The notes under the pieces were generated by a model, which did not search any database, had not been told where the DNA came from, and saw only the letters and a list, made by a program, of their open reading frames with translations. Shown here in pieces: positions 28,252 through 36,599 of a DNA stretch of 64,000 nucleotides (the stretch's first letter is position 1; each line of letters opens with the position of its first letter). This stretch comes from a phage. The stretch lies in sequence record PZ496580.1; one strand, 5' to 3'. A program made the translations under genes and the position numbers.

Positions 28252-28626
28252 TTAAAAATCTTCTTCCGGTTTATATCGACCGTCGTCTTCTTGTTTTGGA
28301 GTAAATCCTTTATGCGTGCGCGGCTTCGCTTCCGGTTTACCAGCAATCATCAAACCAAAACATTTCAGCCCTTTATAACACATAACAATATTAACCACGG
28401 TCCACGTTATAGGCCATATAATAGAACAAATGGCATATGCTCCAGTATCGACCTCTTTGGTGTCCTTGTCGAATCTAGCATACAAGCAAATTATAAGATA
28501 GGTGATCATTGCACCAGTAGGCCAGATATAAAGTACATTAACAATATCTTGTGACGTCACGTTATCCTCCTTACATGTCTTGCAGTGCATAAAAGCATTT
28601 TTCTTCATAGTCATAGAAAATGTCAA
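28252..28626 (-). CDS. hypothetical membrane protein
   Basis: 124-aa ORF with two hydrophobic segments. Confidence 0.5.
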   Translation of the reverse strand: MTFSMTMKKNAFMHCKTCKEDNVTSQDIVNVLYIWPTGAMITYLIICLYARFDKDTKEVDTGAYAICSIIWPITWTVVNIVMCYKGLKCFGLMIAGKPEAKPRTHKGFTPKQEDDGRYKPEEDF

Positions 28627-28849
28627 AGTATGCTTTTTCTACATACTCGCCATTGATCCAAGCGGCAGTAACAATCAGAGTGGTCCAGTTAGATCCGCTC
28701 TCAACCGTAAAGGTTTTAATACCCAGCTTCGCTGCTAAGTCGAACGCAAACCGGACGCAACCACGGCAGGAAGTGATATTGGAAGTTTTGATTTTGATGC
28801 CACCGCGAGTTTTAGAAATTTCTACTTTAGCGAAAGACAGGTTGCTCAT
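28571..28849 (-). CDS. hypothetical protein
   Basis: 92-aa ORF; ATG after AGGAGAATCAAA cassette. Confidence 0.55.
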   Translation of the reverse strand: MSNLSFAKVEISKTRGGIKIKTSNITSCRGCVRFAFDLAAKLGIKTFTVESGSNWTTLIVTAAWINGEYVEKAYFDIFYDYEEKCFYALQDM

Positions 28850-28891
28850 TTTGATTCTCCTTAAGAAAGTGTGTTTCGTTTTGATGTGTTT

Positions 28892-28920
28892 AGTATAGGG
28901 GATACGTGATCCCCTGTCAA
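28892..28920 (-). promoter_or_regulatory. early promoter (TTGACA-17-TATACT) with AGGGGAT/ATCCCCT inverted repeat in spacer
   Basis: minus strand TTGACAggggatcacgtatccccTATACTaaacacatcaaaacgaaacacac. Confidence 0.5.
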
Positions 28921-28936
28921 CAACTTTTTTATGATT

Positions 28937-29257
28937 TTAGTGAATTAACTCTACACCAAAATGAGGCACAGAGAACGCCTTACGAAACACATATTCATCA
29001 TGTTTAGGGATCGCCCCTAACCTCTCTATTTCGCTCGCTAACACGATAAACTGTTTATCTGGTGCATATGCCTTGTGTGCTTCAACAACGCACGGAAAAC
29101 GCGTTTTAGAGAGTTCTGGATAGTTTTCTGAATCCAGAAGGACGATGAATACCCTATTACATTGATTGTAGAATCCTGTTTTTGATTTCATCAAGTTTTT
29201 TTCTATGTACATTTCGTGCAATCTTCCTTTCATGATTTCGTTGGTTCTTGTCTTCAC
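28937..29257 (-). CDS. hypothetical protein (5' end overlaps upstream ORF ~100 nt)
   Basis: 106-aa ORF. Confidence 0.4.
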   Translation of the reverse strand: MKTRTNEIMKGRLHEMYIEKNLMKSKTGFYNQCNRVFIVLLDSENYPELSKTRFPCVVEAHKAYAPDKQFIVLASEIERLGAIPKHDEYVFRKAFSVPHFGVELIH

Positions 29258-29498
29258 AGTTTACCCACTCAACAAGATCTTTACCTAACTCGAAAGCCCA
29301 TTCTCGGTCCTGCTTTACGTTTTGTAGGTATGGACTTTCCGACACTCTACGAAGTGATGTTGTCGTAACAAGAATGATCCCAGGAATGGTCGGATGTTCC
29401 TTGCCATAAACAATAGGACGCGAGTCACTATCAATACCTTGTAAGAAGGTGTATCCTGAATCACTTAGAATCATATACATTTTCATTTCACACATCAC
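29157..29498 (-). CDS. hypothetical protein
   Basis: 113-aa ORF. Confidence 0.45.
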   Translation of the reverse strand: MMCEMKMYMILSDSGYTFLQGIDSDSRPIVYGKEHPTIPGIILVTTTSLRRVSESPYLQNVKQDREWAFELGKDLVEWVNCEDKNQRNHERKIARNVHRKKLDEIKNRILQSM

Positions 29499-29752
29499 AG
29501 TTTCCTCAACCAGTTATTAAAGCGAGCAAACCATGATGCTTTTCGTGCTTCTTTTACTTTATGTGCACGAAAACCACTGAAACACCATTCATAATCATCA
29601 CCGAAACATGATTCAACAGGAACACCCGCATTTCGTAGTTCTCTGGTCTTTATCATGAATCCTTGACATAAGGGGCGACCTTCAACAATGATAGGAAGTT
29701 TAACTTTTTCCATGAAAGTATACCCAGCACGGTCAATAATTTCAATCTTCAT
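29495..29752 (-). CDS. KIEIID-family small protein (paralog 1)
   Basis: MKIEIIDRAGYTFMEKVKLPIIVEGR; ATG after GAGGATTATATT. Confidence 0.55.
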   Translation of the reverse strand: MKIEIIDRAGYTFMEKVKLPIIVEGRPLCQGFMIKTRELRNAGVPVESCFGDDYEWCFSGFRAHKVKEARKASWFARFNNWLRKL

Positions 29753-29770
29753 AATATAATCCTCAATTAG

Positions 29771-29968
29771 TTATACTGCCCATGCTTCATTTGCACGAAA
29801 ACACCATTCATACTCAGGAAAATAACCTTTAATTGGTACGCCAGCTTTTTGTAGTTCCTGCGTTTCTACAAGATAATCAAGCCCATAACGACGACCTTCC
29901 ACAATAATAGGAAGTTTAACGCCATTCATGAAAGAAAATCCACCATCATCAATAATTTCAATTTTCAT
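29771..29968 (-). CDS. KIEIID-family small protein (paralog 2)
   Basis: MKIEIIDDGGFSFMNGVKLPIIVEGR ... YEWCF. Confidence 0.55.
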   Translation of the reverse strand: MKIEIIDDGGFSFMNGVKLPIIVEGRRYGLDYLVETQELQKAGVPIKGYFPEYEWCFRANEAWAV

Positions 29969-30213
29969 TTTACATTGTCTCCATAGATCTTTCCATCAAT
30001 ACCAATTTCACCAGCACGAACATCTAGGATAAGATGCGGTAGGTGTATGCAGTTTTCCCACCCTACGCGCTTCATTTCTGAAACAGTGACGTAAGCCCAT
30101 CCGTTCGCTGTAATAAAGTCTACTTCAACCTTGAGAGGAAAGCAAGACTTTTCTATGTTTTCAAATCCGACAATGTGTTTTGTCGTTGAATATGGAATAT
30201 ATCCGGTGATCAT
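29965..30213 (-). CDS. hypothetical protein
   Basis: 82-aa ORF. Confidence 0.45.
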   Translation of the reverse strand: MITGYIPYSTTKHIVGFENIEKSCFPLKVEVDFITANGWAYVTVSEMKRVGWENCIHLPHLILDVRAGEIGIDGKIYGDNVK

Positions 30214-30671
30214 TTTGTGATCTCCTTATACTCAACACACCATAAACGGGTCGCCCATGATAAACGCTCATAACGCTGGCAGAAATCAGACCATAGATAT
30301 TGTGTACCGTCTTGCATAGTTGAAATATGCGTTTTCTCTCCTACTTTCACGAATGAAGTATTCGATTTTGTGATCTCGACCGGAGTATATCCGAAAGCTG
30401 GTTCCAAGTCAACATCTGAACTAAATGCTAATTTAACAGAATTTGTTTTTCTGACCGCTGTCCGGTTTCCTTCTGGGTATAGCACAGCAGGTTTAGCGCC
30501 TAAGCGGATAAACTCAGTGTTTTTAATGAACAGAATATCATGATAACCGTCATATTCCGACACTTCCATAGTAACAGGAAAATCGACATGTTCTAAACCT
30601 GGTAGATCTCGCATATCATGAAATGTAGCCATCAACTTTTTCATCTTGTATTCCTCACTCTTCTGTTTCAT
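30210..30671 (-). CDS. hypothetical protein
   Basis: 153-aa ORF. Confidence 0.5.
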   Translation of the reverse strand: MKQKSEEYKMKKLMATFHDMRDLPGLEHVDFPVTMEVSEYDGYHDILFIKNTEFIRLGAKPAVLYPEGNRTAVRKTNSVKLAFSSDVDLEPAFGYTPVEITKSNTSFVKVGEKTHISTMQDGTQYLWSDFCQRYERLSWATRLWCVEYKEITK

Positions 30672-30891
30672 TTCTTTTATATGGTACTATAACAGGATTA
30701 ATACAGCAAGCACCAATTACGTTATGAGCACCACAATTTAAGCATTTATAATCATGGAACTTATTAAGGAATCGACCAAACTCATAGCCGACTAACGCCG
30801 CGTGTACTTGAGTCTCGATCTCATCCATATCAGCCAATGTTTTAACCTTCATAATATAATCCTCAAATGGTAGTTTTGCGAAGATGGTCAT
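30655..30891 (-). CDS. hypothetical Cys-containing small protein
   Basis: 78-aa ORF; CLNCG...CC. Confidence 0.45.
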   Translation of the reverse strand: MTIFAKLPFEDYIMKVKTLADMDEIETQVHAALVGYEFGRFLNKFHDYKCLNCGAHNVIGACCINPVIVPYKRNETEE

Positions 30892-31153
30892 TACATGCTT
30901 TTAATGCATCAGTCGCGGTGTCATAGCGAGTATTATCATAGCACCAGTAACCATCTGTCAACTGATAAATCAATCCGTCCCTTTTAGCTTCGATGAAAGA
31001 TAACTCTTTGAAAGTTTCTACTTTCTTTGCTGATACTCCACGGTCACGGCGCTTATAGAGTTTAGCTAAAATGCGTTCAGCTTGTTCCTCTTTATCACCA
31101 GACAGATCCCAAATAATGTTGCGGATATGTTTGATTAATTGTTCAGTGGTCAT
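30863..31153 (-). CDS. hypothetical protein
   Basis: 96-aa ORF; ATG after AGGAGAATCAAAG cassette. Confidence 0.55.
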   Translation of the reverse strand: MTTEQLIKHIRNIIWDLSGDKEEQAERILAKLYKRRDRGVSAKKVETFKELSFIEAKRDGLIYQLTDGYWCYDNTRYDTATDALKACNDHLRKTTI

Positions 31154-31182
31154 CTTTGATTCTCCTTAGTTGGTATGTGTGC

Positions 31183-31210
31183 ATTATAGCATTGTGATTA
31201 TCTTTGTCAA
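31183..31210 (-). promoter_or_regulatory. early promoter (TTGACA-16-TATAAT)
   Basis: minus strand TTGACAaagataatcacaatgcTATAATgcacacatacc. Confidence 0.6.
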
Positions 31211-31214
31211 CACC

Positions 31215-31247
31215 CAAAAACAAAAAGGCTACCCCGAAGGATAGCCC
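31215..31247 (-). terminator. intrinsic terminator after glycine-rich protein gene
   Basis: minus strand gggctatccTTCGgggtagcc followed by tttttgttttt. Confidence 0.7.
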
Positions 31248-31253
31248 ATAAAA

Positions 31254-32039
31254 TTACACGCGAGCACCGTAGATCGTGCCTACTTTATCCCAGCGAGGGG
31301 CATTGCCAGTAACAGCCTTACCAGCTGCGCCACCCGAGTGAACAGTTCCTCCAGTACCACCTTGAATATATGAAGATTTGCCAGCAGACCCCAAATCTCC
31401 ACCATTTCCTCCATAGTGAACCCCAGAAACAGTGCCTTTACCTGGGGCAGAAATTGTACCAGCAGATGCTGCCGCTGCGCCGCCTCCTGCCTTACCAGCA
31501 GCACCAAATGGACGGCCTCCGCCGCCTCCAAATATCATATCCATTTGAGGGAAAGGATGGTATCTAGCACCAGCACCGCCACCACCGCCACCACCAATAA
31601 TACCATTATTGTTTATTCTTAAACGAGTTCCAATTCCGTTATTTATTGCATTTCCTCCTGCTCCACCAGCAGAGTTACTTCCGCCATTTCCTCCCCGACC
31701 TAATACATGAACACCAGAGTTAATGATTAGTGTCACATATTCATTTGTTAGTGAGCTAGGGAAATCAAGACAAGGAACGCCAGTAGATTGGGAAACAATA
31801 TTACCTGTGATAGTAATTACTACCGGAGTAGATCCTTGTGCTTTCATCCAGTTAATAAGAGTGTCTTTATTGTAAGAGTTACTAGCGCCAATGCTATAAT
31901 GAATCTCTTTAGAACGTCCGACCATCGCTGACATATACGCCGGACGACCTAAGCGTACAGCTTGCATTGCGGCGCTCATCCACCGTTGACCAGTCTCAGA
32001 CACAGCCGATGATCCGACCCAACCTGCTTTAATTGCCAT
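31254..32039 (-). CDS. glycine-rich low-complexity protein
   Basis: 261 aa; long GGNGG/GGGGGGGAGA/GGTGG tracts in C-terminal two thirds, non-repetitive N-terminal 100 aa. Confidence 0.6.
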   Translation of the reverse strand: MAIKAGWVGSSAVSETGQRWMSAAMQAVRLGRPAYMSAMVGRSKEIHYSIGASNSYNKDTLINWMKAQGSTPVVITITGNIVSQSTGVPCLDFPSSLTNEYVTLIINSGVHVLGRGGNGGSNSAGGAGGNAINNGIGTRLRINNNGIIGGGGGGGAGARYHPFPQMDMIFGGGGGRPFGAAGKAGGGAAAASAGTISAPGKGTVSGVHYGGNGGDLGSAGKSSYIQGGTGGTVHSGGAAGKAVTGNAPRWDKVGTIYGARV

Positions 32040-32093
32040 AAAGTTTCCTCACAAGAAAAGCCCCAATTAAGGGGCATTGATTAATAATATTAC

Positions 32094-32315
32094 TTAGATG
32101 ACCTCTGCTTCACCATTCAGGAAGAAAGACCATGTTTTGTTAGGATAGCGAAGCGCCCATGATTCAGCAGTTTTAACACCAGCTTCGAACAATTGACGGC
32201 TGGTCACTTTAGCCATGCCATCTTCGATGGCAACGTTTTCAATAATCATTGGGTACTTAGCGCCACGCATGAAACCGAAGCCAGCGGAAGATTTGATAAT
32301 TTTAACAGTTGCCAT
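32094..32315 (-). CDS. KIEIID-family-like small protein (paralog 3)
   Basis: MATVKIIKSSAGFGFMRGAKYPMIIEN; start at internal Met after AGGAGAATCAAA (upstream part of the track ORF is the promoter leader). Confidence 0.5.
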   Translation of the reverse strand: MATVKIIKSSAGFGFMRGAKYPMIIENVAIEDGMAKVTSRQLFEAGVKTAESWALRYPNKTWSFFLNGEAEVI

Positions 32316-32356
32316 TTTGATTCTCCTAGAAAGTGTATCTCGTTTCGATGTGTGTA

Positions 32357-32385
32357 TTATGCAATAACACCGGAACGCTGTCAAC
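32357..32385 (-). promoter_or_regulatory. early promoter (TTGACA-17-CATAAT) with conserved leader
   Basis: minus strand TTGACAgcgttccggtgttattgCATAATacacacatcgaaacgagatacac. Confidence 0.55.
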
Positions 32386-32402
32386 ACTTTCTAAGAAAAA
32401 TT

Positions 32403-32687
32403 TTAAATTAATCGAATATAGCCCAGAATTTCAGCACCTTTAGCCAGTCCTAAAACCTCCCATTCAAGGTCGCCGTAGTCATAATTTGCAACCATCAGTT
32501 CACCGTTTTTCATGCAGCAATCATGAGAGAAAATTTGCCCCGCATAAACTACGATAGTAATAAACTTTCCTGATTCTGGCGGTGTGGAAGACAAAGCGAC
32601 CATATGACCATTCAGCTTAGTCACCAGTGATGGAACAATAAAATTCGGGCTTACCTGAATACCGTTAAATTCGTTTGTGTCTTTCAT
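32403..32687 (-). CDS. hypothetical protein
   Basis: 94-aa ORF. Confidence 0.5.
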   Translation of the reverse strand: MKDTNEFNGIQVSPNFIVPSLVTKLNGHMVALSSTPPESGKFITIVVYAGQIFSHDCCMKNGELMVANYDYGDLEWEVLGLAKGAEILGYIRLI

Positions 32688-33034
32688 GCCAGACCTCGCA
32701 AAACACTAATAGCATAATCATGCTGGTTATTCATAATATCAATTGCATTGTGATAACGAGCTAAACCATCAAGGATAAATTCTTGTTTATCCTGTTTCAG
32801 TTTGGTATCACGCGCAGCCATAAGAGCATCAAGAACAGGTCCAAAGTGATTATCTAATTCATCTTCGGTTGCAATGTTTCCTATTGCCTCGTCGATCCGT
32901 GATTCTAATGCTTGCTTTTCGTTGATCGCTTGCTGGGTATATTCCAACACATCAAGAATATCGCGGGTAACGTCTCCGTGATAAGGTATTCCCGCATGAA
33001 GATGATCAATTAATCGCTGAATATCAATGTTCAA
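32684..33034 (-). CDS. hypothetical protein
   Basis: 116-aa ORF. Confidence 0.5.
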   Translation of the reverse strand: MNIDIQRLIDHLHAGIPYHGDVTRDILDVLEYTQQAINEKQALESRIDEAIGNIATEDELDNHFGPVLDALMAARDTKLKQDKQEFILDGLARYHNAIDIMNNQHDYAISVLRGLA

Positions 33035-33369
33035 TTGTAACCCTCCTCTGAAAGTACATCCCAGATAATCGGTTCAAGGTGCATTAAATTCCACATAATA
33101 GAGTCATAACTACCGGAGCCATAAGTAAAAATTACATCACACTGGCGATAGGTCTTATGAAAATCGGTAGCGGTCTTTGCGTTAATAGGCATATCGTCAC
33201 CGGAAAGCACCAGACATTTAAGAATCATGATTCGGTTAGCCGTTGGTGCTTCCTTAGTCGCTTCGGCGTATTTTTCGATGATCCGTTTTGCCTTTTCTTC
33301 TTTGATACGTCCAGAATAGACACGGTTTCTATATTGATTCATAATAATTTCAATCATATCATTTTGCAT
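33031..33369 (-). CDS. hypothetical protein
   Basis: 112-aa ORF. Confidence 0.5.
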   Translation of the reverse strand: MQNDMIEIIMNQYRNRVYSGRIKEEKAKRIIEKYAEATKEAPTANRIMILKCLVLSGDDMPINAKTATDFHKTYRQCDVIFTYGSGSYDSIMWNLMHLEPIIWDVLSEEGYN

Positions 33370-33568
33370 TCTTCACGGTCTCCATAATTGTTTTGTAAGC
33401 CAGTTTAAGATGATCACCGAAAAACTTTGCAGTGTTACCCTTCGGATCGCGGAGCATGGTTTCTACGATCTCATCGGCAGTAACAATTTCTCCTTTCTTT
33501 GCTGCATGTTCTACCATATACTTCAAAGTTTCTTCGGAAGCAAGTGCTGCGGCTACTGGATTAATCAT
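33359..33568 (-). CDS. hypothetical protein
   Basis: 69-aa ORF; ATG after AGGAGAATCAAA cassette. Confidence 0.5.
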   Translation of the reverse strand: MINPVAAALASEETLKYMVEHAAKKGEIVTADEIVETMLRDPKGNTAKFFGDHLKLAYKTIMETVKNAK

Positions 33569-33597
33569 TTTGATTCTCCTTTGTTGTCGATGTGTGC

Positions 33598-33626
33598 ATT
33601 ATGCTATACCCTATTCCGGTTGTCAA
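33598..33626 (-). promoter_or_regulatory. early promoter (TTGACA-17-CATAAT) with conserved leader
   Basis: minus strand TTGACAaccggaatagggtatagCATAATgcacacatcgacaacaaaggagaatcaaaATG. Confidence 0.6.
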
Positions 33627-33631
33627 CACCT

Positions 33632-33663
33632 AAAAACGAAAAAGCCACCCTTTCGGATGGCTT
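33632..33663 (-). terminator. intrinsic terminator after 715-aa gene
   Basis: minus strand agccatccGAAAgggtggct followed by ttttcgttttt. Confidence 0.7.
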
Positions 33664-33674
33664 TTGATTATATT

Positions 33675-35822
33675 TTATTCACGTCCATTTGTATAGTAGT
33701 GTTTGAATCGACCATAGCCAGTTTCAATAGACATATCCTTCTGGCGGACAATAGCCCAATAACCATTACACGAATCTTGAAGATACAAATCCTTACCTTT
33801 TAGGAACTCATTAAAGATAGTGATTTGCCAGTCATAGTAGACAGAATCTTCAAGTTTATCCATCCAACCATGCGGATCTTCCATCAATTCGACAAGCTCA
33901 TCAATCACCCAATACGGACACGGACTAAATCGACCTTTGCTAAACTCGTTAAACATAGTAACAATTTTAACTTCCGGTCTAGGTTCATCCGGTCGCACAG
34001 GACGTTTATTAACTACAACCTGAACATATTTTGTATACCCGACAATCTCGCCAGGATCTAGTTCATCGTTGCTGTTTTTATCAGCAAATGCAACAAATCG
34101 ATAAACACCAGCATCCTCTAGCGTAACGTTTGCTTTACGGTAAATCGGACTTCTTGAGTCTTCCATTTCCATTTTAACACCGTTTTTACTAAACTCATAA
34201 GTCGGAACATATGAGGCTGGCGGTTTTAGCATGGTTGCTTCTAGCGTCAGAGTATCACCTTCCGTAACCTGTACCGGATGAGGACCGTCAAACTCCATAT
34301 TCGGCACTACTTCAACATGATAGGTCGAACGACCAGCAATATCAAAATCAGTATGCGCACTAAATGGATCTTTACTCGGACTATCACGATATTCATGCGC
34401 CCAGATGCCGTTATGGTCTCGGTCCGCAGAGTCGGTGATCTTATATTCCTTAGTACCTAGCGGAAGTTCCGTTACTTTAACGTCGTTTTTGGTGATAACC
34501 AAAGTTCGCGTTTGTTCGGGATCATCACTAGCTGGCGGTTCAGGATCTACGATCTTGAGAACAATAGGTTCACCCACTTCAATATTACGATAATCATACT
34601 CTTTATCATAAATCTCAAGCATACGACGATCATAAAATAATGGGCGACCGTTAGGAATCACCTGTTCACCCGCTGGATTGGCAGGAGCAACCAACAATTG
34701 AAGCGCAACGCTGTTATCATATTGCAATCCAGATAGCGTTATCCGGTCATAACCCTCATCGCCATATTTTTTACTTTGTAGTTTCTTACCGCCAAGCATC
34801 CACGTAAAGTAAACGTTGTTAGTAAGCATACCATAATGACGATTCCATGAGCTATCGGCTTGCATCACTGGCATATCAAGGTTTACAGTAGATCCAGAAG
34901 GATAACGAAAATCAATAGCACTAAAATCACGGCTAAAAAATTCGTTTTCTTTTACGTTAACTGTAAATTGGTGTCGCTGTCCATCAATATATTGTTCACC
35001 AGATCCGGGTCCATTAACAACCTTATACGCACGAACAAAAGCAACATAAACCCCAGCATCTGACGGTTGAGCGTGTTTAGTCACGTATAGAGTCTTATCT
35101 TTAGACTCATAAACCAAGCTACCATCATTACGCTCTAGTCGATATCGGACAATAGTATATTCCGCCTGATTAGGTGCATCATCCTCTACAGTAAAATAAG
35201 CAGGTGCATATTTTTGTACGTTGAATACTTCCTTATTTTCAGTGATGTTTGCATAGAAAGGATATACAAATTTAACCTCACCATGTTCATCACTCAATTC
35301 CATTTTATATGTACCGGAAAATTCAGGCCACGCGAATTTTGCAATTTTAAATTCACGATGGTCCAACCCCAGATCACCATCAACGGAATCAACCAAACCA
35401 TCATTATAATAGAGGTCAACCGAAATATTAGGCTGGATATGACTACGAAAAACAATCTTTGCCTTGATTTCATCACCAATATTAAAAGACGTCGGCGGGT
35501 ATACATGTTCCACATATGGATTGTCAAAAAGTTCAAAGGTGAAGTTTTCCGTGCCGATATCTACGGATTCGCCAGAAAGATTTTCATCATCTTGAGCAAA
35601 ACCACGAACATTAACAGACCAACCTGTTTTATCTTCCTCTTTAACAGATTTTAGTGGAAAAGATGGACCATCTGTCATTGTGATCAACTTATCATTCTTT
35701 TTCCACAAATAACCTTTTCGTCTTTTCTCTGGGTCTTCCGACTCAGCAACAATAGAACATTCAAAAGTATGAGGAAGCCAAATTTGAGAGTTAATTGTAG
35801 TGTTTTTGATTTCTGCTGGCAT
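33675..35822 (-). CDS. large multi-domain protein with Ig-like (beta-sandwich) repeats
   Basis: 715 aa; repeated Ig-type signatures (SDAGVYVAFV, EDAGVYRFVAF); no signal peptide seen. Confidence 0.5.
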   Translation of the reverse strand: MPAEIKNTTINSQIWLPHTFECSIVAESEDPEKRRKGYLWKKNDKLITMTDGPSFPLKSVKEEDKTGWSVNVRGFAQDDENLSGESVDIGTENFTFELFDNPYVEHVYPPTSFNIGDEIKAKIVFRSHIQPNISVDLYYNDGLVDSVDGDLGLDHREFKIAKFAWPEFSGTYKMELSDEHGEVKFVYPFYANITENKEVFNVQKYAPAYFTVEDDAPNQAEYTIVRYRLERNDGSLVYESKDKTLYVTKHAQPSDAGVYVAFVRAYKVVNGPGSGEQYIDGQRHQFTVNVKENEFFSRDFSAIDFRYPSGSTVNLDMPVMQADSSWNRHYGMLTNNVYFTWMLGGKKLQSKKYGDEGYDRITLSGLQYDNSVALQLLVAPANPAGEQVIPNGRPLFYDRRMLEIYDKEYDYRNIEVGEPIVLKIVDPEPPASDDPEQTRTLVITKNDVKVTELPLGTKEYKITDSADRDHNGIWAHEYRDSPSKDPFSAHTDFDIAGRSTYHVEVVPNMEFDGPHPVQVTEGDTLTLEATMLKPPASYVPTYEFSKNGVKMEMEDSRSPIYRKANVTLEDAGVYRFVAFADKNSNDELDPGEIVGYTKYVQVVVNKRPVRPDEPRPEVKIVTMFNEFSKGRFSPCPYWVIDELVELMEDPHGWMDKLEDSVYYDWQITIFNEFLKGKDLYLQDSCNGYWAIVRQKDMSIETGYGRFKHYYTNGRE

Positions 35823-35843
35823 GTATCCCCCTTGTGACTGACA

Positions 35844-36242
35844 TTAAGCCAGTCGAGTGAGTTTATAAATTGTTTTAAAGCATAGAACTTTGATATCGTC
35901 TAAAACGCTCTGTAACGAGCTATCAACATCATTATAAATCTCACTAGCCATTTGCGTTAACTCTTGCAAATAGGCAATTTCGCTAATCTCCTTGCGGACG
36001 ACCAACGTTGGCTGATAACGACCAGTGATCCCAATATTGGTTTCAGTGAAATTATCAACCAATTCTTGCATTTCAAGATAGAACTCTTCTAAAGCCTTAT
36101 GTTTTGCATAAGATCCTGGACCAGTTACCCCAAAATGCGCAGAATGCATATAAGTAACACTCATCAGACATTCACCGATAAAGCGGTCAACTTTATTAGC
36201 TTTCCCCTCTTCGGACGTCTTTCGAAAATCACTGAATTTCAT
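35844..36242 (-). CDS. Dps-like ferritin-superfamily protein
   Basis: YMHSAHFGVTGPGSYAKHKALEEFYLEMQELVDNFTE matches the Dps ferroxidase-site pattern H..H..VTGP.....H...EEFY.E.....D...E; start at internal Met. Confidence 0.7.
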   Translation of the reverse strand: MKFSDFRKTSEEGKANKVDRFIGECLMSVTYMHSAHFGVTGPGSYAKHKALEEFYLEMQELVDNFTETNIGITGRYQPTLVVRKEISEIAYLQELTQMASEIYNDVDSSLQSVLDDIKVLCFKTIYKLTRLA

Positions 36243-36531
36243 GTTCTCGATTCTCCACATTATGCAACATAACAAATTGTTGTGCGGCATATTCCCCCAT
36301 AATAAAACACTGCTTAGAATCCATACATTTACTACGAGCATACATCTTCATAATATGGGCATGAAATTTCTGGCTGGTTTCAATGGAAGGAGATATTTTG
36401 TTTACATATACTATCATTGCACCGTCGAAATAATCAGTAAAGTCACCAGTTGGATCATATTGATCAGCACTGACGCTTCCGACCGCAGTCAAGCATATTG
36501 CCGCTGTTAGAGTTTTACGAATAAATGACAT
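36229..36531 (-). CDS. secreted small protein (signal peptide)
   Basis: N-terminal MSFIRKTLTAAICLTAVGSVSA signal-like segment. Confidence 0.55.
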   Translation of the reverse strand: MSFIRKTLTAAICLTAVGSVSADQYDPTGDFTDYFDGAMIVYVNKISPSIETSQKFHAHIMKMYARSKCMDSKQCFIMGEYAAQQFVMLHNVENREHEIQ

Positions 36532-36564
36532 AAGTCATTCCCCCAGATTGAAAATATTCAGTTA

Positions 36565-36572
36565 TATTTATA
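36565..36572 (-). promoter_or_regulatory. candidate T4-type late promoter (TATAAATA) inside a 9-bp inverted repeat
   Basis: minus strand ccccagattATAAATAtaactgaatattttcaatctgggg, ~35 nt upstream of ATG at 36531. Confidence 0.3.
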
Positions 36573-36599
36573 ATCTGGGGCTTTATTTATGATTAACTC

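Noticed and set aside
31280-31622. Alternative-frame ORFs (31280..31531 minus; 31370..31567 and 31416..31622 plus) inside the glycine-rich gene
   Set aside because: They arise from GC-rich repetitive codons of the glycine-rich frame and have Ala/Leu/Gln-rich junk translations; the glycine-rich frame alone spans the whole interval with proper start context.
35823-35890. TATAAACT element upstream of the 715-aa ORF as a late promoter
   Set aside because: Two mismatches to TATAAATA in AT-rich sequence; not distinguishable from chance.
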